64,000 bases of DNA from Patescibacteria group bacterium (GCA_038062955.1 JBBTWE010000001.1:182304-246303); one strand, 5' to 3'. Shown: positions 19,789 through 29,027, counted from the first letter of the stretch. Numbers and translations: made by a program. Notes: a model not told the origin generated them from the sequence alone.

Positions 19789-20256
19789 ATGCTACTCGCA
19801 ACCGATAGAAAGGCAAAGGTACGTCTGAGAAGGCTCGCAAGGCTCGACTTCACCCAAATCAAGGCCAAACTTTGTTCCGAGATGCCTGGGTGGAATGCGG
19901 AGAAGGCAGAACTCATCGAGAAGTGGTATCGCCGCTTCTTGCAGGTCATTCTCTTCCACCCGCAAGCAAAGATCGTTCCCAACACACTGGTGGATGACTT
20001 CTGGCACGCTCACATCCTCGACACCAAGAAGTACATGCTGGACTGCCAGAACGTCTTCGGGCACTTCGTCCACCACGAACCGTCCTACGGCGAAGAGAAG
20101 TTGGAGGGAGGCTACGATGAGACCAACGCCCTCTTCCGTGAGACGTTTGGTGAAGATCAGACAGTTCTCGAACCTAGTCGGGCTGGTAAAAAGTGCAGGA
20201 AGAAGTGCAGAAGGAAGTGTGGAAGCATAGACGGAAACTGTGCTAGCGGGTACTGA
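19789..20256 (+). CDS. Glycine-rich-domain-containing-protein-like (DUF1399-like) protein with a Cys-repeat tail, GC-rich unit
   Basis: YRRFL...P..VDDFWHAHILDTKKY..C...G.FVHH.P motif; terminator at 20268-20305. Confidence 0.75.
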   Translation: MLLATDRKAKVRLRRLARLDFTQIKAKLCSEMPGWNAEKAELIEKWYRRFLQVILFHPQAKIVPNTLVDDFWHAHILDTKKYMLDCQNVFGHFVHHEPSYGEEKLEGGYDETNALFRETFGEDQTVLEPSRAGKKCRKKCRRKCGSIDGNCASGY

Positions 20257-20313
20257 AGCGGGACAATTCCCCAAACCATAACAAGTTTGGGGGATTATTT
20301 TTTTTAAATTTTT

Positions 20314-20523
20314 ATGTTACTTCTAATTTGTTTTATCATTTTAATAATTCTGATTCTTTACCAGTATTTTCTATTTTACTTACTTCCGATGGCAGGATCA
20401 AAAGGTGCGCTTGGAGATGCACATGTACTCTTTACACTAGGAGGTTTGTTACTGATAGTTGTGGATATTCTTGTTCCAATTGTTTTCTACACATTTAAAT
20501 TCATAGAATTTTTAATTAATTAA
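20314..20523 (+). CDS. Small membrane protein
   Basis: 69 aa with two hydrophobic helices. Confidence 0.5.
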   Translation: MLLLICFIILIILILYQYFLFYLLPMAGSKGALGDAHVLFTLGGLLLIVVDILVPIVFYTFKFIEFLIN

Positions 20524-20602
20524 ATAAATAGTCTGTAATGTAGAATAGAAAGGTTAAATGGTATTAAACCCTTTGATCGTCTACACGCTCGCTAACCGGA
20601 AT

Positions 20603-20646
20603 AAAGCAAAACCCCCGAACCGAAAGGAACGGGGGTTTTGCTTTTT
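20603..20646. terminator. Bidirectional terminator
   Basis: AAAGCAAAACCCCCG...CGGGGGTTTTGCTTT. Confidence 0.85.
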
Positions 20647-20678
20647 ATTTTGACTTTATAACTTTTAACCTTATAACT

Positions 20679-21719
20679 TTAAACTAGTGTGTACTTTCCT
20701 TCTTTATTTTTCTTGAAGAATTTAGGATTCTGGAGATTCACCAAAACAGTATTTTCTTTAACGTATCTTTCTTTCAAAACCTTCTTAATGACTTCGTCTT
20801 TAGCAAGAGGACCTTCTTTTTTTAGGATGCTTGCAATAACGTCTTTTACCACTCCTTTTTCATATCCCCATTCAGATAAGGCGTATAGACCTCGGCCGAC
20901 AAGCACAAAACGAGCGTCTTTTATAAGTTCGTTATGGGTTGTTGCAAAATGAGCTCTTTTGTTGAAAGTTTTTTCGATTAAGTTGGCTACTTCTCTAAAG
21001 TGAATCGGAGAACCATGTTTTCGGATGATTAAATAAGCGTAATCTCGCACTCCCTTTACTTTCACATTTGTTGAATTAGCTTTACCCCATTCACCAAGCG
21101 GATTCTTTCCGATTTTTTTGGAAATATTCAACCATCTTTTTATAATTTCCTCGTTTTTGTATTCTTCAGAAATATCTTTCAAATGTTTGAGAAAAGCTTT
21201 GACCATTTCTGCTTCAGGGACAATTTCGTCGCTAGAAAGACTGTTGTAGAGATTCTTTAGAGCGTCGTGAATTTTTTCGGCTAGCTTCTCATCTATATGC
21301 CATCTATGATTGAAATCTTCATCCTCTTTTTCTCTATGAAAATCTTCGGAAACCGTCAACATAAAATTTATATGATTTTGTGCTGATTTATCATCTGAAA
21401 AATGTTCTAGAAGTTCACTTTCTTTTACTGTTCCACCAAGTTTCTTCAAGACAGCCTTTAGCTCATCATAAGCGGCTTTTTCTTTTCCATATACATCAGA
21501 CTTTTTGATAGTTTTAATAGAATAGTTCTCTATTTGTCTTATTCTTTCACGGGTAATACCATGCTTATCCCCGATAGATTCGAGGGTTTGTTTCTTGGTA
21601 TCTTCTCCAAGACCGTATCTTAAAGTTAAGATTTCTGCGGCTCTTTTAGGCAATACCTCAAGCAACTTTCGGTTAAGTTGTTTAGGGTTGAAACTCAATA
21701 TATTAGCTTTTTTATTCAT
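20679..21719 (-). CDS. Sigma70 region-4-like HTH protein with C-terminal winged-helix (HARE-HTH-like) domains
   Basis: LRYGL...TLESIG..HGITRERIRQIE and HNELIKDARFVLVGRGLYAL. Confidence 0.8.
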   Translation of the reverse strand: MNKKANILSFNPKQLNRKLLEVLPKRAAEILTLRYGLGEDTKKQTLESIGDKHGITRERIRQIENYSIKTIKKSDVYGKEKAAYDELKAVLKKLGGTVKESELLEHFSDDKSAQNHINFMLTVSEDFHREKEDEDFNHRWHIDEKLAEKIHDALKNLYNSLSSDEIVPEAEMVKAFLKHLKDISEEYKNEEIIKRWLNISKKIGKNPLGEWGKANSTNVKVKGVRDYAYLIIRKHGSPIHFREVANLIEKTFNKRAHFATTHNELIKDARFVLVGRGLYALSEWGYEKGVVKDVIASILKKEGPLAKDEVIKKVLKERYVKENTVLVNLQNPKFFKKNKEGKYTLV

Positions 21720-21732
21720 AAATATTCTTTAG

Positions 21733-21852
21733 AACTTCCACATTTGGCCAATTTTGTCGTAAAAACTTCCGCTCCTCACTTCATCGTATTATTAAATACG
21801 TCTCGTTTCGGTGCTCAATTTTTCCAACAAACTTGTCTCAAATCCGGAAGTT
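21733..21852. repeat. Structured palindromic element, relative of 1805-1923
   Basis: Terminal inverted repeat AACTTCCACATTTGG/TCAAATCCGGAAGTT and an inner CGTATT-atta-AATACG hairpin. Confidence 0.7.
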
Positions 21853-21965
21853 ATAATTTGTTTGGTAAATTCTCTTTTTCTTGGTTTTTTGATTCTAACA
21901 CTGTTTATATAATAAAGTCAAACCCCATTGATATTAACACAAGTTTACTATCTAATATCCTTGAT

Positions 21966-24527
21966 CTATAACACAATATTCAAAATTTTGCCTTTAACGT
22001 AAATTATTCTTTTTACCTCCTTTCCTTCTATCCATTTTTTAACACTAGGAAGGTCAAGGATCTTCTCTTTTATATCTTTTTCTGACATCTCGCTTTCCAT
22101 CTCAAAAATATCTCTGGTTTTACCATTTATTTGAATAGCTAATTTAGAACTTTGTTTTATTTTTTGAGAATCAAACATTGGCCAAGGAGAAAGATAAATT
22201 GATTTCTTATTTCCTAAATTTGCCCACAATTCTTCTGTGATATGGGGCGCAAATGGCGAGATGAGTTGCAAAACTGTTTCGTATATTTCTTTTGAAATTT
22301 TTTCTTGATTTTCTAGAGCGCCCGCAAGAATCATGAGAGAAGAAATTGCGGTATTAAAATTAAAATTTTCTATATCTTCACCAACTTTTTTTATTGTCTG
22401 GTGAAGAAGGCTCTGTAAATCAGAATTTATGACCTCTAATTTTTTGTTTGTGACTTTTTCTTGGAGTCGCCAAATTTTTTCCAAGAATCTTCTGGAGCCA
22501 ATCATGTTTTGGGTATCCCAAGCAATCGCATTTTCAAATGGACCCATAAACATTTCATAAACGCGGAGCGTATCGGCTCCCCACGTCGCTACAATCTCAT
22601 CCGGATTTATAACATTTCCAAAACGCTTGCTCATTTTTCGGCCGTCAGGGGCCATGATGAGACCGACGTTCTTAAATCTCATAAACGGTTCTTTGGTTGC
22701 AAAAATCTTCATGTCGTACAAAAACTTATGCCAAAATCTAGCGTAAATTAAATGCCGTGTTGCATGTTCAGCTCCACCAATATACATATCAACTGGTAAC
22801 CACGATTCGAAAGCGCTTTTAAATTGCTCCAATCCTTTTTCTGTTTTTGCTTTTAGGCCGTTTACAGGTGTCGACAATAAACCTGTCGACCTAGTAGTTT
22901 TCGATTTCATTGCATACGCCGCGTAATACCAAGAAGACCCCGCCCATTGAGGCATGGTATTGGTTTCTCTTTGCGCTTTTCCACCGCATTTCGGACATTT
23001 TATGTTCACGAAGCTCGCAATATTCGCAAGCGGAGATTCTCCGGTTCCGGATGGTTCGTATGATTTTACTTTCGGCAATTTAACCGGTAAATCTTCGTCA
23101 GGAATCGCAATCCATCCTGGATTCAATAATTCTCCAGTATTAAAATTCTTGTGGTATTCAATCCTCCCCTCCTGCGTCTCGGCTCTTTTTTTACACTGTA
23201 CACAAAAAACAAGTGGGATTGGTTCCCCCCAATATCTTTGCCTTGAAAAAACCCAGTCTCGCAGTTTATAAGTGGTTTTGCGTTTTGCTAATTTATTTTT
23301 TTCTAAATATTTAATAATTTCATTCCGGATGTTACCAGCCACTTTCCCATCAAATTCTTTCGGGTTTTTAAGAACTCCACTCTTCATGTCGGTAAAACAA
23401 ATTTCCAGATTTCTGACTTTTTCTGCGAGCACAGAATCTGCTGGAAACAGAACAGGTTTAAGCGGAATTTTGTATTTCTTGGCAAATTTAAAATCTCTTT
23501 CATCATGAGCAGAGCACTTTACTATTCCGGTTCCATAATCAGCCAGGGCATAGCTTGCAACCCATATTGGTAGTTCCCCATTTTCCACTGGGTCGATTGT
23601 GTATCGTCCGGTAAATATTCCTTCCACTTCTTTTTGCTCTTTAAAACCTGCTTCACTTCTATTTTTTACAAGCCTGGCTGAAAAATCCAAAATTTCTTTT
23701 TTATTTGGAATTCCTTCTAAAAGTTTTGGCAAAAGTGGATGATCGGGCGCGATAACCACAAAAGTATCGGCCGCAAATGCTTCAAAGTGTGCTGAGAAAG
23801 TTTCAATTTTAATATCAGTTCCCTTAATCGGTGACGTAAAAATCATTCCCTCACTTTTTCCTATCCAGTTTCTTTGTGATTCTTTTATTGAATCTGACCA
23901 ATTTAAAAGATTTAAATCTTCGAGAAGTCTTTCAGCATAATCAGTAATTTTAAGCACCCACTGGCGCATGGGTTTTTTCTCGATAACGGATCCACATCGT
24001 TCACATTTTCCATCTTCTAAATCTTCGTTTGCAAGACCAGTTTTGCATGACGGACACCAATTGATTGGCTCAAATGATTCGTAAGCTAATCCCCTTTTAA
24101 ACATCTCAAGGAAGATGAGTTGTGTCCATTTGTAATATTCTGGATCAGTTGTATTTATTTCTCTGTTCCAATCATAATTAAAACCCAAAACCTCGAGCTG
24201 TTTTTTAAAAGTATTTACATTTTTCTTAACTGCAATTTCTGGGTGAATTTTATTTTTTATAGCAAAATTTTCGGCTGGAAGTCCAAAAGCATCCCAACCC
24301 ATGGGGTGAAGTATGGAAAATCCTTTAGCTTTTTTGTACCTGGAGTAAACGTCCGTTGCGATATAACCTTTTGGGTGTCCTACATGAAGCCCGTCGCCGG
24401 ATGGATAAGGGAACATATCAAGGACATAACATTTTTCTTTTGGAGAGGCGTCAGTTTTGAAAATCTTTTTCTTGTCCCAAACTTTCTTCCATTTCGATTC
24501 TATTTTTTTGTGGTTGTACTCTTTCAT
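21966..24527 (-). CDS. leuS: Leucine--tRNA ligase
   Basis: MFPYPSG.GLHVGH, WVFSRQRYWGEPIP and KMSKR. Start MKEY at the element junction. Confidence 0.97.
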   Translation of the reverse strand: MKEYNHKKIESKWKKVWDKKKIFKTDASPKEKCYVLDMFPYPSGDGLHVGHPKGYIATDVYSRYKKAKGFSILHPMGWDAFGLPAENFAIKNKIHPEIAVKKNVNTFKKQLEVLGFNYDWNREINTTDPEYYKWTQLIFLEMFKRGLAYESFEPINWCPSCKTGLANEDLEDGKCERCGSVIEKKPMRQWVLKITDYAERLLEDLNLLNWSDSIKESQRNWIGKSEGMIFTSPIKGTDIKIETFSAHFEAFAADTFVVIAPDHPLLPKLLEGIPNKKEILDFSARLVKNRSEAGFKEQKEVEGIFTGRYTIDPVENGELPIWVASYALADYGTGIVKCSAHDERDFKFAKKYKIPLKPVLFPADSVLAEKVRNLEICFTDMKSGVLKNPKEFDGKVAGNIRNEIIKYLEKNKLAKRKTTYKLRDWVFSRQRYWGEPIPLVFCVQCKKRAETQEGRIEYHKNFNTGELLNPGWIAIPDEDLPVKLPKVKSYEPSGTGESPLANIASFVNIKCPKCGGKAQRETNTMPQWAGSSWYYAAYAMKSKTTRSTGLLSTPVNGLKAKTEKGLEQFKSAFESWLPVDMYIGGAEHATRHLIYARFWHKFLYDMKIFATKEPFMRFKNVGLIMAPDGRKMSKRFGNVINPDEIVATWGADTLRVYEMFMGPFENAIAWDTQNMIGSRRFLEKIWRLQEKVTNKKLEVINSDLQSLLHQTIKKVGEDIENFNFNTAISSLMILAGALENQEKISKEIYETVLQLISPFAPHITEELWANLGNKKSIYLSPWPMFDSQKIKQSSKLAIQINGKTRDIFEMESEMSEKDIKEKILDLPSVKKWIEGKEVKRIIYVKGKILNIVL

Positions 24528-24654
24528 CCCGTAGTAGAAAATGGCATAGTTGCTTCGCAACTTGTTCATTTTTTTAAAATATATTTTATATAATTAATGA
24601 CCGTTTGTTATAATTTAAGTTCGTAATTTTACAATGCCATTTTTCACTACGGGA
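24527..24654. mobile_element. Miniature inverted-repeat element at the leuS start codon
   Basis: TCCCGTAGTAGAAAATGGCAT...ATGCCATTTTTCACTACGGGA with TTCA duplicated on both sides. Confidence 0.82.
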
Positions 24655-24786
24655 TTCATACCCTCTCTCCATTCTCCCGTATTTTCTCCAATATTTCAAG
24701 AGATAATACAAAAATTGGCAAAAAGAAAGGGCGGCCATTGCTGGTCGCCCCTGGTGGAAGTTTGTTCTTGAGCCTTCCACTTTCGT

Positions 24787-25050
24787 TTACTCTTTTCGCT
24801 CGGCACCTTGTTCGACGAGCCAAGCCTCGATTCTCTTCGCATTTTCTGCTGAGAAGAATCCGCGGTAGTATCCAGGACCGCTACTCCCCGAAGTACCAGA
24901 GACTCTGAAGACGCCCTCCTTCAGTTGAAAACTGGTAAATCTGTTGACAAGTCCCCCATCTTCGTAGACGGGATAAGGAGGAGCTTCCTTTTGCTCTCCC
25001 CTTATGCTCACATAGACTCCGGGAATTGTTTCGAAAGTGACTTTTGGCAT
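24787..25050 (-). CDS. Hypothetical protein, GC-rich unit
   Basis: Start MPKV with an AAGGAG SD; TTGACA-17-TATACT promoter near 25189-25217; GGGCGGCCA/TGGTCGCCC terminator at 24729-24750. Confidence 0.7.
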   Translation of the reverse strand: MPKVTFETIPGVYVSIRGEQKEAPPYPVYEDGGLVNRFTSFQLKEGVFRVSGTSGSSGPGYYRGFFSAENAKRIEAWLVEQGAERKE

Positions 25051-25243
25051 GTTCTCCTTCTTTTCGGGTATGATTCGTGACAGCGATGTACTGGCCACGA
25101 TTCTCAAGAAAATAGTTTTTTCTATCGTCCTAAAAACCGCGGCCAGCTACAAAATCAGTGAGTTTTGAATGAACAATTTTCTGCGTCCAGTATACACCCA
25201 TTCGTGTATTTTGTCAAGGACAAATGCACGGCTAGAAATAAGC

Positions 25244-25768
25244 TTAGTTTGGCTTATTTGCGTGTTTTGTGTCGTCTACTTCTTTTACGTATTTTGCTAG
25301 GAGTTCGATTGTATAGTCCGGGTCAACTGTATTTTTTGGGACGAAACCGGAAGCGCCGGATTTTAAAAATTCTTCTTTTGTATGCAAGCTAGAAAAACCG
25401 AATATAAGTCCCTTAAAGCTTTTATTTTTTAATTCTTTACAGACAGCATCTCCCTTTAACACGGGCGATAAATTATAGTCGAGCAAGACTATTTCTGGAT
25501 TTTCTTTTAAGATTTTATCGACTAATTCTTCCAGAGTTTCCTTTTCAAAATAAACAAAAGAAACTTCCCCGCCCGTTGCCGCTATAAAATAAGGCGCAAA
25601 AAAGACCAGTAAACTTTTTACATCGTCCACCACCATTATTCTTTTTTCTTGTAGAACTCTAGTCTCTATTGCGAGTGCCGGAATTTCCTCTATTTTTTCT
25701 ATTTTTCGCGGACTTCCAAGCTTCATGAAACTTGCATTCATTATTTCAACCAGAGATTTTTTTGCCAT
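25244..25768 (-). CDS. Response-regulator receiver-domain protein
   Basis: IMVVDD, VLLDYNL and FVPK receiver motifs. Confidence 0.8.
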   Translation of the reverse strand: MAKKSLVEIMNASFMKLGSPRKIEKIEEIPALAIETRVLQEKRIMVVDDVKSLLVFFAPYFIAATGGEVSFVYFEKETLEELVDKILKENPEIVLLDYNLSPVLKGDAVCKELKNKSFKGLIFGFSSLHTKEEFLKSGASGFVPKNTVDPDYTIELLAKYVKEVDDTKHANKPN

Positions 25769-25838
25769 ACTTTTATTCTACCATTAAAATAGGCCACCAC
25801 TTTGGTAGCCTATTTTTATCTTAAACCTCCTAATAATT

Positions 25839-26789
25839 CTATCGTATTGGAACAGGAACAGCGTTTTTGAAAACAGGATAAAGATCAGAGTCTATTTTTC
25901 TCTCAAAACATTGATAACCGGACTCATGATTCCAAACATCACTTCCTGCTGGTTTGGATGGGTATGATGAGCTATAAACTGACACTTCTCCGCTAGTTAA
26001 ATTGTTGGTTTTGGTTAAATTAAATTCAGCGCAGAGTTTGAATGATTGTTCGCCAGATTTTTCATAGCCGTATGGTTTGTTGGTCTGAATGTCGAGAGGT
26101 ACGGTAAATCCGGAAATTGGATCTTGTAACTCGGTTAAAGTTTGTGGCACTACTCCTTTTTGTTGCCAATAATTTATTACTTGCCACTGAATGTTTTGCA
26201 AATCAGTAATTTTCTGATCGTCATATCGTGCTTTACGTTGACTTGCGGGAGAACCGACAACGCTAAATCCTAAAATAATTGAGCCCAAAACCAAAACGAC
26301 AGCAATAATTTTCCAGATATTTCTGCGACCACCTGCCAATCTTTCTTTGAGATCGTCCAACTGGTACATAAAGACACATCCAGCAATTACAAAGAATGCG
26401 ACAACTTTTAGGATGAAGCCTGTGGTCATTTCCCTGCCGTCTAAAAAGTAATAAATCAATGTAACCAAGTCCCCGGACAAAACAGCTCCAGCCACAAATA
26501 GAGTTATGTATATAAGCCATTTTCGAAGTGCATATTCTTTCTTTTCCGGTGTTGCGATATATCCTTTTTGAATGATATTGGATAAAACTAAAAATATCGG
26601 AAAGACAACGATAAGAGTGGCTACCTGGAGACTCATGGAAGATTGATCATATCCGTAGTAATACTGATTGATTTGTGGAAATGCGACGTTAATAATCCGA
26701 AATAAAAGATTGAGCAAAGCTACAACTCCGGTGTAAAGGAGAGCAACTTTGGCAATATGGAGAAAGAAATCTTTGGCAGACGTTTTCAT
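25839..26789 (-). CDS. Multi-pass membrane protein (DUF5671-like)
   Basis: Five TM helices, RKWLIYITLF and a GSP..R..D...DL periplasmic domain; start MKTSAK. Confidence 0.75.
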   Translation of the reverse strand: MKTSAKDFFLHIAKVALLYTGVVALLNLLFRIINVAFPQINQYYYGYDQSSMSLQVATLIVVFPIFLVLSNIIQKGYIATPEKKEYALRKWLIYITLFVAGAVLSGDLVTLIYYFLDGREMTTGFILKVVAFFVIAGCVFMYQLDDLKERLAGGRRNIWKIIAVVLVLGSIILGFSVVGSPASQRKARYDDQKITDLQNIQWQVINYWQQKGVVPQTLTELQDPISGFTVPLDIQTNKPYGYEKSGEQSFKLCAEFNLTKTNNLTSGEVSVYSSSYPSKPAGSDVWNHESGYQCFERKIDSDLYPVFKNAVPVPIR

Positions 26790-26895
26790 ATTTTTAGAGC
26801 TTAAAATAATATTAATAGTGTAATTGTAACCCTTATATTTGTTTTGTCTATGAGAGTCTTGATTAAAAGATAACTTTTGATATATACTGTCGGCA

Positions 26896-27071
26896 GTGGT
26901 GTGGTGGAGTGCAAAGCGCAAACAGGCCATGAGTTAGCGCGTCCCCCAGAATTCCCTGCAGGGTTTCTGGCTTGGCGTGAATGTAGCGAGAAAACACATC
27001 AAGCAAAGTTCCCACGCTACGGGGAAACCCATGGATAAAATCCTTGGCGCGCGGTATCTTCATCACACCAC
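26896..27071 (+). ncRNA. ssrS: Probable 6S RNA
   Basis: A 176 nt rod-like fold: GTGGTGTGGTGGAG/CTTCATCACACCAC, CCATGAGT/ACCCATGG, TTCCCTGCAG/CTACGGGGAA and GCTTGGCGTG/CACATCAAGC. Promoter TTGATT..TATACT upstream and terminator at 27077-27107. Confidence 0.6.
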
Positions 27072-27119
27072 CCTTCACACGTCCTCTTACGAGAGGCGTG
27101 TTTTTTTATACAATTTTTT

Positions 27120-28226
27120 TTAAATTTTAAACTCAATCACGTTGCCGTCTTTCACAATGTAGTCTTTCCCTTCCGTTCGGACCAATCCTTTTTCGCGGGC
27201 GTTTGCGTAACTGCCTGATTCTAGGAGTTTATCCCATTCAATAACTTCGGCTTTGATAAATTTTTCTTTGAAATCTGTGTGAATGGCCTGTCCTGCGACC
27301 GGGGCTGTTGAGTCGCGCAAAATTGTCCAAGCCCGAGTCTCATCTTCTCCGGTTGTAAAATATGTAATTAAATCTAAAAGTTTATATCCGCTTTTTATCA
27401 AATTATTCACTCCATCTTCTCCGGTCGCGCTCCCCGTTAGTTCTGTTCTAAATGTCTGTTTGTCAGCCGAATCAAGATCTTTTAATTCCTGCTCGATCCC
27501 CGCGTCTACAATTACGTAATTGGAGTTTGTGTCTTTCATGAAATTCATGAGTTTCTCCCATTTTTCGTCTTTAATTTCGTCCAAATTTTTTCCACCCGAT
27601 TTTTTATTCAAAACATACAGAAAAGGCTTCATGGTGAGAAGATGCAAGCTTTTTACTATATCTCTTTCTTCTTTTAAAATACTTGCGCTCGAAGCCAATT
27701 TTCCTTCTTTTAAGAACTTTTCAATTTTGAGGAGTAGAGCTTCCTCTAAAATTGCGTTTTTGTCCCCCCTTTTCACATCCCGAATAATATTATTCTTTCT
27801 TTTGGCAACTGTTTCAGAATCAGCAAGAATAAGTTCGAAATTGATAATCTCGATGTCTTTTATTGGATCAACTTTTCCATCAACATGAATGACTTTATCA
27901 TCCTCAAAAATACGAACGACTTCAGCGATCGCATCCACCTCCCTAATATTACTTAAAAATTTATTTCCCAATCCTTCCCCAGTCGAAGCACCCTTTACGA
28001 TTCCAGCAATATCCACAAATTCTACTGCCGCAGGAACAGTTTTTTTTGATTTGCTAAATTCTGACAATTTCCAAAGTCTCTCGTCTGGTACGGCCACAAC
28101 TCCCACCGATGGATCGATTGTGCAGAATGGGTAATTCTCGGCCGGAACCGATTTTTGGGTTAATGCATTAAAAAGCGTCGATTTACCAACATTCGGTAGT
28201 CCAACTATCCCAATACTTAAAGACAT
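27120..28226 (-). CDS. ychF: Redox-regulated ATPase YchF
   Basis: GIVGLPNVGKSTLFN, NYPFCTIDP, DIAG and EGKDYIVKDG. Confidence 0.97.
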   Translation of the reverse strand: MSLSIGIVGLPNVGKSTLFNALTQKSVPAENYPFCTIDPSVGVVAVPDERLWKLSEFSKSKKTVPAAVEFVDIAGIVKGASTGEGLGNKFLSNIREVDAIAEVVRIFEDDKVIHVDGKVDPIKDIEIINFELILADSETVAKRKNNIIRDVKRGDKNAILEEALLLKIEKFLKEGKLASSASILKEERDIVKSLHLLTMKPFLYVLNKKSGGKNLDEIKDEKWEKLMNFMKDTNSNYVIVDAGIEQELKDLDSADKQTFRTELTGSATGEDGVNNLIKSGYKLLDLITYFTTGEDETRAWTILRDSTAPVAGQAIHTDFKEKFIKAEVIEWDKLLESGSYANAREKGLVRTEGKDYIVKDGNVIEFKI

Positions 28227-28243
28227 AGTAAATGCGATGATAC

Positions 28244-28339
28244 TTAATAATAAATAACTACTCCTCGCTCCGTAGCAAGCTCTGCTTTGCTTCTGGGGCC
28301 GACGTTTGGCAATCCTACAATCCCAATAGATAAGCTCAT
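28244..28339 (-). pseudogene. Displaced, synonymously recoded copy of the first 14 codons of ychF
   Basis: Translates as MSLSIGIVGLPNVG, then diverges into a hairpin and stops. Confidence 0.85.
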
Positions 28340-28412
28340 ATTTTAAATATAACGTGAAAGTTATGAAAAATAAATTACCGACGAAGACGAATCCTCGTCG
28401 GTAATCGAGAAA

Positions 28413-28688
28413 CTACTCCTGAAGTTTGTCCCTGATTGCATAGTGCCTCTCCCTCAAGAATACGTGGTGTTCGTTTTCGGTTTTGCCAGCCAAAAACGCA
28501 AGCTTTCGAAGTTCTGCCAGAGCAGCCTGTCGTCGTTCTTGCTGGCTTCTCGACCAGCTCGACACTCCTTGGTAGTTGCCCTCATTCACCCTCTTGCTTT
28601 CAGTCTCAATCTCGACAACTTGTCTGGCAAAATCATCAACAGCTGCGTTGTACCGGTCAAGCGGGCTTATGCTTTCTTCACTACACAT
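28413..28688 (-). CDS. Hypothetical protein, GC-rich unit
   Basis: 91 aa; AGGA SD, GTTCATTC in the leader, and an ATTACCGACGA/TCGTCGGTAAT terminator. Confidence 0.7.
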   Translation of the reverse strand: MCSEESISPLDRYNAAVDDFARQVVEIETESKRVNEGNYQGVSSWSRSQQERRQAALAELRKLAFLAGKTENEHHVFLRERHYAIRDKLQE

Positions 28689-28777
28689 AGCGGTCCTTTT
28701 TGTTAGGGTGTCTAGAATGAACTAATCTAATCTCAAGATACACTTTTTTTGACTATTTCGCAATAATTGCCCACTAA

Positions 28778-29005
28778 TTATTTTCCTAACAGTTTCCCTA
28801 TCGTGTCCTTATTTTCCTGCGCAATTTCCATAATAGCTGTCATCTGATCTTTACCTGTCGCCATTTTTTGTTTGACACTTTCCGCCATTTTTGCGAAAAA
28901 TTCAGGATCTTTTTCCAAGATACCCATGACCTTTACTCGATCTGCTTCTGGTAAACTTTTGAGTTTAGATTTAATCAGCTGTTTCATTAAGAAATTTTTT
29001 ATCAT
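28778..29005 (-). CDS. Small hypothetical protein
   Basis: 75 aa helical ORF with host-like codon usage. Confidence 0.7.
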   Translation of the reverse strand: MIKNFLMKQLIKSKLKSLPEADRVKVMGILEKDPEFFAKMAESVKQKMATGKDQMTAIMEIAQENKDTIGKLLGK

Positions 29006-29027
29006 GTTTGTTTTTTTTGATTTAATT

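Noticed and set aside
24528-24569. ORF-track N-terminal extensions of leuS, xseA (40796), the ATPase (35796) and the 25839-26930 ORF
   Set aside because: The extra codons come from the miniature elements or overlap the ncRNA and its promoter; downstream ATGs match the expected protein starts.
26896-27071. SRP RNA, RNase P RNA or tmRNA identity for the structured RNA
   Set aside because: It lacks the SRP helix-8 motif, the RNase P GAGGAAAGUCC element and tRNA-like tmRNA ends, and it is too short for the latter two.
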